DNA of 64,000 bases from contig OZ024742.1 in the NCBI GenBank assembly GCA_964016885.1, positions 278,442,001 through 278,506,000 on the forward strand, in the 5' to 3' direction. Below, in pieces: positions 60,620-64,000 of the stretch. A model generated the notes under the pieces. That model made no database searches. It saw nothing but the letters and a program-made list of their open reading frames with translations, and was not told where the DNA came from. Position numbers and translations under genes: made by a program. Source of the DNA: Eledone cirrhosa. Its lineage: Eukaryota. The stretch's first letter is position 1, and each line of letters opens with the position of its first letter.

Positions 60620-62040
60620 AATACAATAGTTGAAGGAATGGATATAACTATGATGAAAAACATTCAAGCCACGTACAATATCACGTCTTTTATGTTTTTC
60701 ATTCTGCATTCAGGAAATAACATAGTAAAGATGAATTAAAAAATACCCTTCCCCTCCATCCTAATCTATCACAAATCAGTAGGAATATGTTAATTAACAA
60801 GTTTGAAATAGTTAATTCAAAGACAACTTAAATACCATAAGTAGGGGTGAAACATAAGTGGATGAAACAGACCTGTAAAAATTTGTTTTTTGAGGAAAAC
60901 CAGGCAAACATAACAAACCTGGTTAGAGCTGGGAGCTGGAGCACGAATGAGCTTGCAATCGTCCTGGATGAAGATCTCTTGTCACCCAGTTCTCCATAAG
61001 GATTATCGAAACTAACTATAGTCAGCCATAATGGGGAAATATACATATGATGAAAGATACCAGCTGTGAATATGACATCATTATTTTGTTTCAGCCGGGC
61101 GGTGAATTGGCAGAATCGGTAGAGTGTTGGACGCCATGCTTTGTAGCATAGTTACGTCCCTTTACAGTCTGAGTTCAAATCCCGCCGAGGTTAACTTTGC
61201 CTTTCATCCTTACGGGGTCGATAAAATAAAGTACCAGTAATGTACTGGATAATTGCTGGCCTTGTGCCTAAAGTAGAAATAATTATTTTGTTTCAGCCTG
61301 CATGACGAAATATACAATGAAAAATTAAAAAAACATTTCTTCTGATCATATACCATCCAAAAACTGAAGAAATATATTAAAAACCAAAGTTCAATGGATG
61401 GCTATATCCAAGGAGAAAGGCATTCCAGTTGTGGCCATCATGCCTTTTGTATTTTTCATTCTGCATCCAGGAATACATAAAGATGAATTGAAAAAGTAAA
61501 GTATAAAACCTCCCATTATGAACTATTCCAAAACAGAAATCTAATAAATACCAAGTTTCAAATAGTCAATTCAAATGTATACAACATACCAGAGGTGACA
61601 TGGTGCATACCGAACGGTGCAGACATATAAAGACGTACAGGTCGACCTGCAAAGATTCATGTCTGTTGAGAAGGATCTGTCAGCCATGAACCAGGCCTAG
61701 TAGCAAGCTCATGACTGTGTTTGCAACAGAAAAGTTGGAGTTCTATAACACAATACACCATAGGGGACAGGCTGAACAAAGTAACTATAATTTAGTTCAA
61801 GTTCAACCATGATTGCGTAAATATACATATTACGAAAGACCAGTCAACCGTGGCCATCATATTGTTTAATTTTTTCAGTCTACGCCCAAGAAATCAAGCA
61901 ACATATAAATATGAACTAAAAAAAAAAATAAATAAAAAAAACAAAAAAACTTTTCCTTATTCATTGAAAACCATCCTAAACTGAAATTCATGAAAAACAA
62001 AGTTGAAATAGTTAATTCAGAAGATAACTCAATGACCAAT
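60620..62040 (-). repeat. Diverged local tandem duplication of exon-like units
   Basis: TTTTTCATTCTGCAT.CAGGAA...TAAAGATGAATT and AAGTT..AAATAGT.AATTCA blocks recur. Confidence 0.6.
61097..61281 (+). mobile_element. Full-length family-1 SINE with 17-bp TSD
   Basis: ATTATTTTGTTTCAGCC at 61080-61096 and 61282-61298. Confidence 0.92.
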
Positions 62041-62289
62041 GAGAAGATTTCTTGTGTAATTTACTGAATAAAACTATAATGGAGAATTTTGATGAAAATA
62101 ACAAGATTCACACTTAATTTGCTTCCTGACTATTTTTCGAAAACAATTTTTTTGCAATATTTTAGTATTGTTTATTTTTATGTTAAATTGTCCCTTTCTC
62201 TTTCTTTCAATTCTAAATGTTTCTGATTTAATTTTTCTCAACTAAGTTATTTAACCTCCTCGTTATTTATGACTTTTTTCGATATATGT

Positions 62290-62485
62290 CTGTCTGTCAG
62301 TCTGTACACACATATACACACGCACACAGACACATATACAAGAACGCATACACATCGATACTCACACGCACACACTCACATAAATACATATATATAAATT
62401 AACACATATACATATATATATGTAAATATATGATAACTTATTCATGATTATATATACAATGAAGGAATTGCATATATAAATTACG

Positions 62486-62538
<53 letters not shown>

Positions 62539-62597
62539 CTCATATATAGTTCTACAAATATGTATGTGTACATTTACATATATACACACAAATATGC

Positions 62598-62644
<47 letters not shown>

Positions 62645-62711
62645 TATATATATATTTGTATATTTGTATACACACGCACACATAAATATTTATATATATA
62701 TAGAGAGAGAG

Positions 62712-62764
<53 letters not shown>

Positions 62765-63211
62765 TATATATATATATATACATATCTATATCTATATATA
62801 TACATATATATACATGTGTGTGTGTGTGTGTGTATGTCTATGTGAGTGTATAATTACATACATACATTCCTTGACCATTCTAACGCACAATACATAAACA
62901 TATATTGAGAAACAACACCTACATCTACACATTTGAAGTACCCACCAAACATCTGAAAGCATGCATCAATAGTCACAATCCATCATATATACACACTATA
63001 CATAAGTACGTACACTATACATAAGTACGTACATCATCTACAATATACTAAACGCTTCATTCCATCCTGCCTTCTACAATTAACACACAATCAGAATGCA
63101 TAAACACATACGCAGAGCAAATACACACGTATACACACACATACACACATATATTTATATGTTAAAAAGGTGTATATATCTATAATATATACATATATAT
63201 ATATTAATAAT

Positions 63212-63251
<40 letters not shown>

Positions 63252-63294
63252 TTCTTATATATATATGCACATATATATACATGTATATATATAT

Positions 63295-63366
<72 letters not shown>

Positions 63367-63545
63367 TATATATATATGTATGTTATATATATATATACAT
63401 TATATATATATATGTATATATATATACATTATATATATATATACATTATATGTATATATACTATATAATATATATATACGTTATAAATATATATATATAT
63501 ATATATTATAAAAAATATATATATATATACATATATGTATATATT

Positions 63546-63588
<43 letters not shown>

Positions 63589-63595
63589 ATATATG
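62290..63595. repeat. (TA)n/(CA)n-dominated microsatellite field
   Basis: Directly visible. Confidence 0.9.
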
Positions 63596-64000
63596 TAAAA
63601 TATTTCAATAGACATTTTCAATGTTCTACTTGTCTACCGTATTAAGACGGTCAATTTAGCACAGACGGTTGGGTGTTGAATTTAAATGCTTCACTTCTTG
63701 CTTCACCACCTGATGCTCTCCCTTTCCACTGAAAATGTTGTTCTTGTTATTATTGTTGCAGTCGTTAATAAACAAATCATTATTGTTGCAGTCGTTCTTG
63801 TTAGTATTGCAGCTGTTTTACCTATTGTGTTATTATTTTTGTTGTTGTTGATGATGTTGCTGTTCACGTAATATGATATCATTCTTATCAGTGCTATTTA
63901 ACCCCATTGAAGATTTCCACCTTTTAAAAACTTCTAGCTTTGACCATCCCGTAATTTGATATATATAAATATAACGTAAAAGGAAGGGAATGGCAAGGGC

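Overview
AT-rich, microsatellite-saturated animal genomic DNA with no confidently identifiable host gene. The SINE families resemble those I recall from octopus/cephalopod genomes (inference). Almost all non-microsatellite sequence is transposon-derived. It includes three large Penelope-like retroelements (PLEs: two Hydra-type, one Neptune-type), a GIY-YIG PLE 3' fragment, and many short PLE 3'-end fragments in (TA)n tracts, usually with an inverted arm. It also holds a Tx1/L1-like LINE relic, R4/RTE-like relics, a deleted mariner, hAT MITEs, two Helitrons and many tRNA-SINEs. The main unannotated signal is RNA structure: at least 15 hammerhead-ribozyme (HHR) motifs from several unrelated families. 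Two families carry large type I HHRs with a UUGANAA core (U3-A8 instead of C3-G8), which CUGANGA searches would miss. Several other families have a U-U juxtaposition at the base of stem II. A tandem array of ~460-500-nt units with one minimal HHR per unit (54415-56041) looks like a circular-RNA 'retrozyme' insertion. Unrelated PLE ends also share a YGAGYRCT motif and recurrent inversion breakpoints. All structures were folded by eye; none has been computed or tested.
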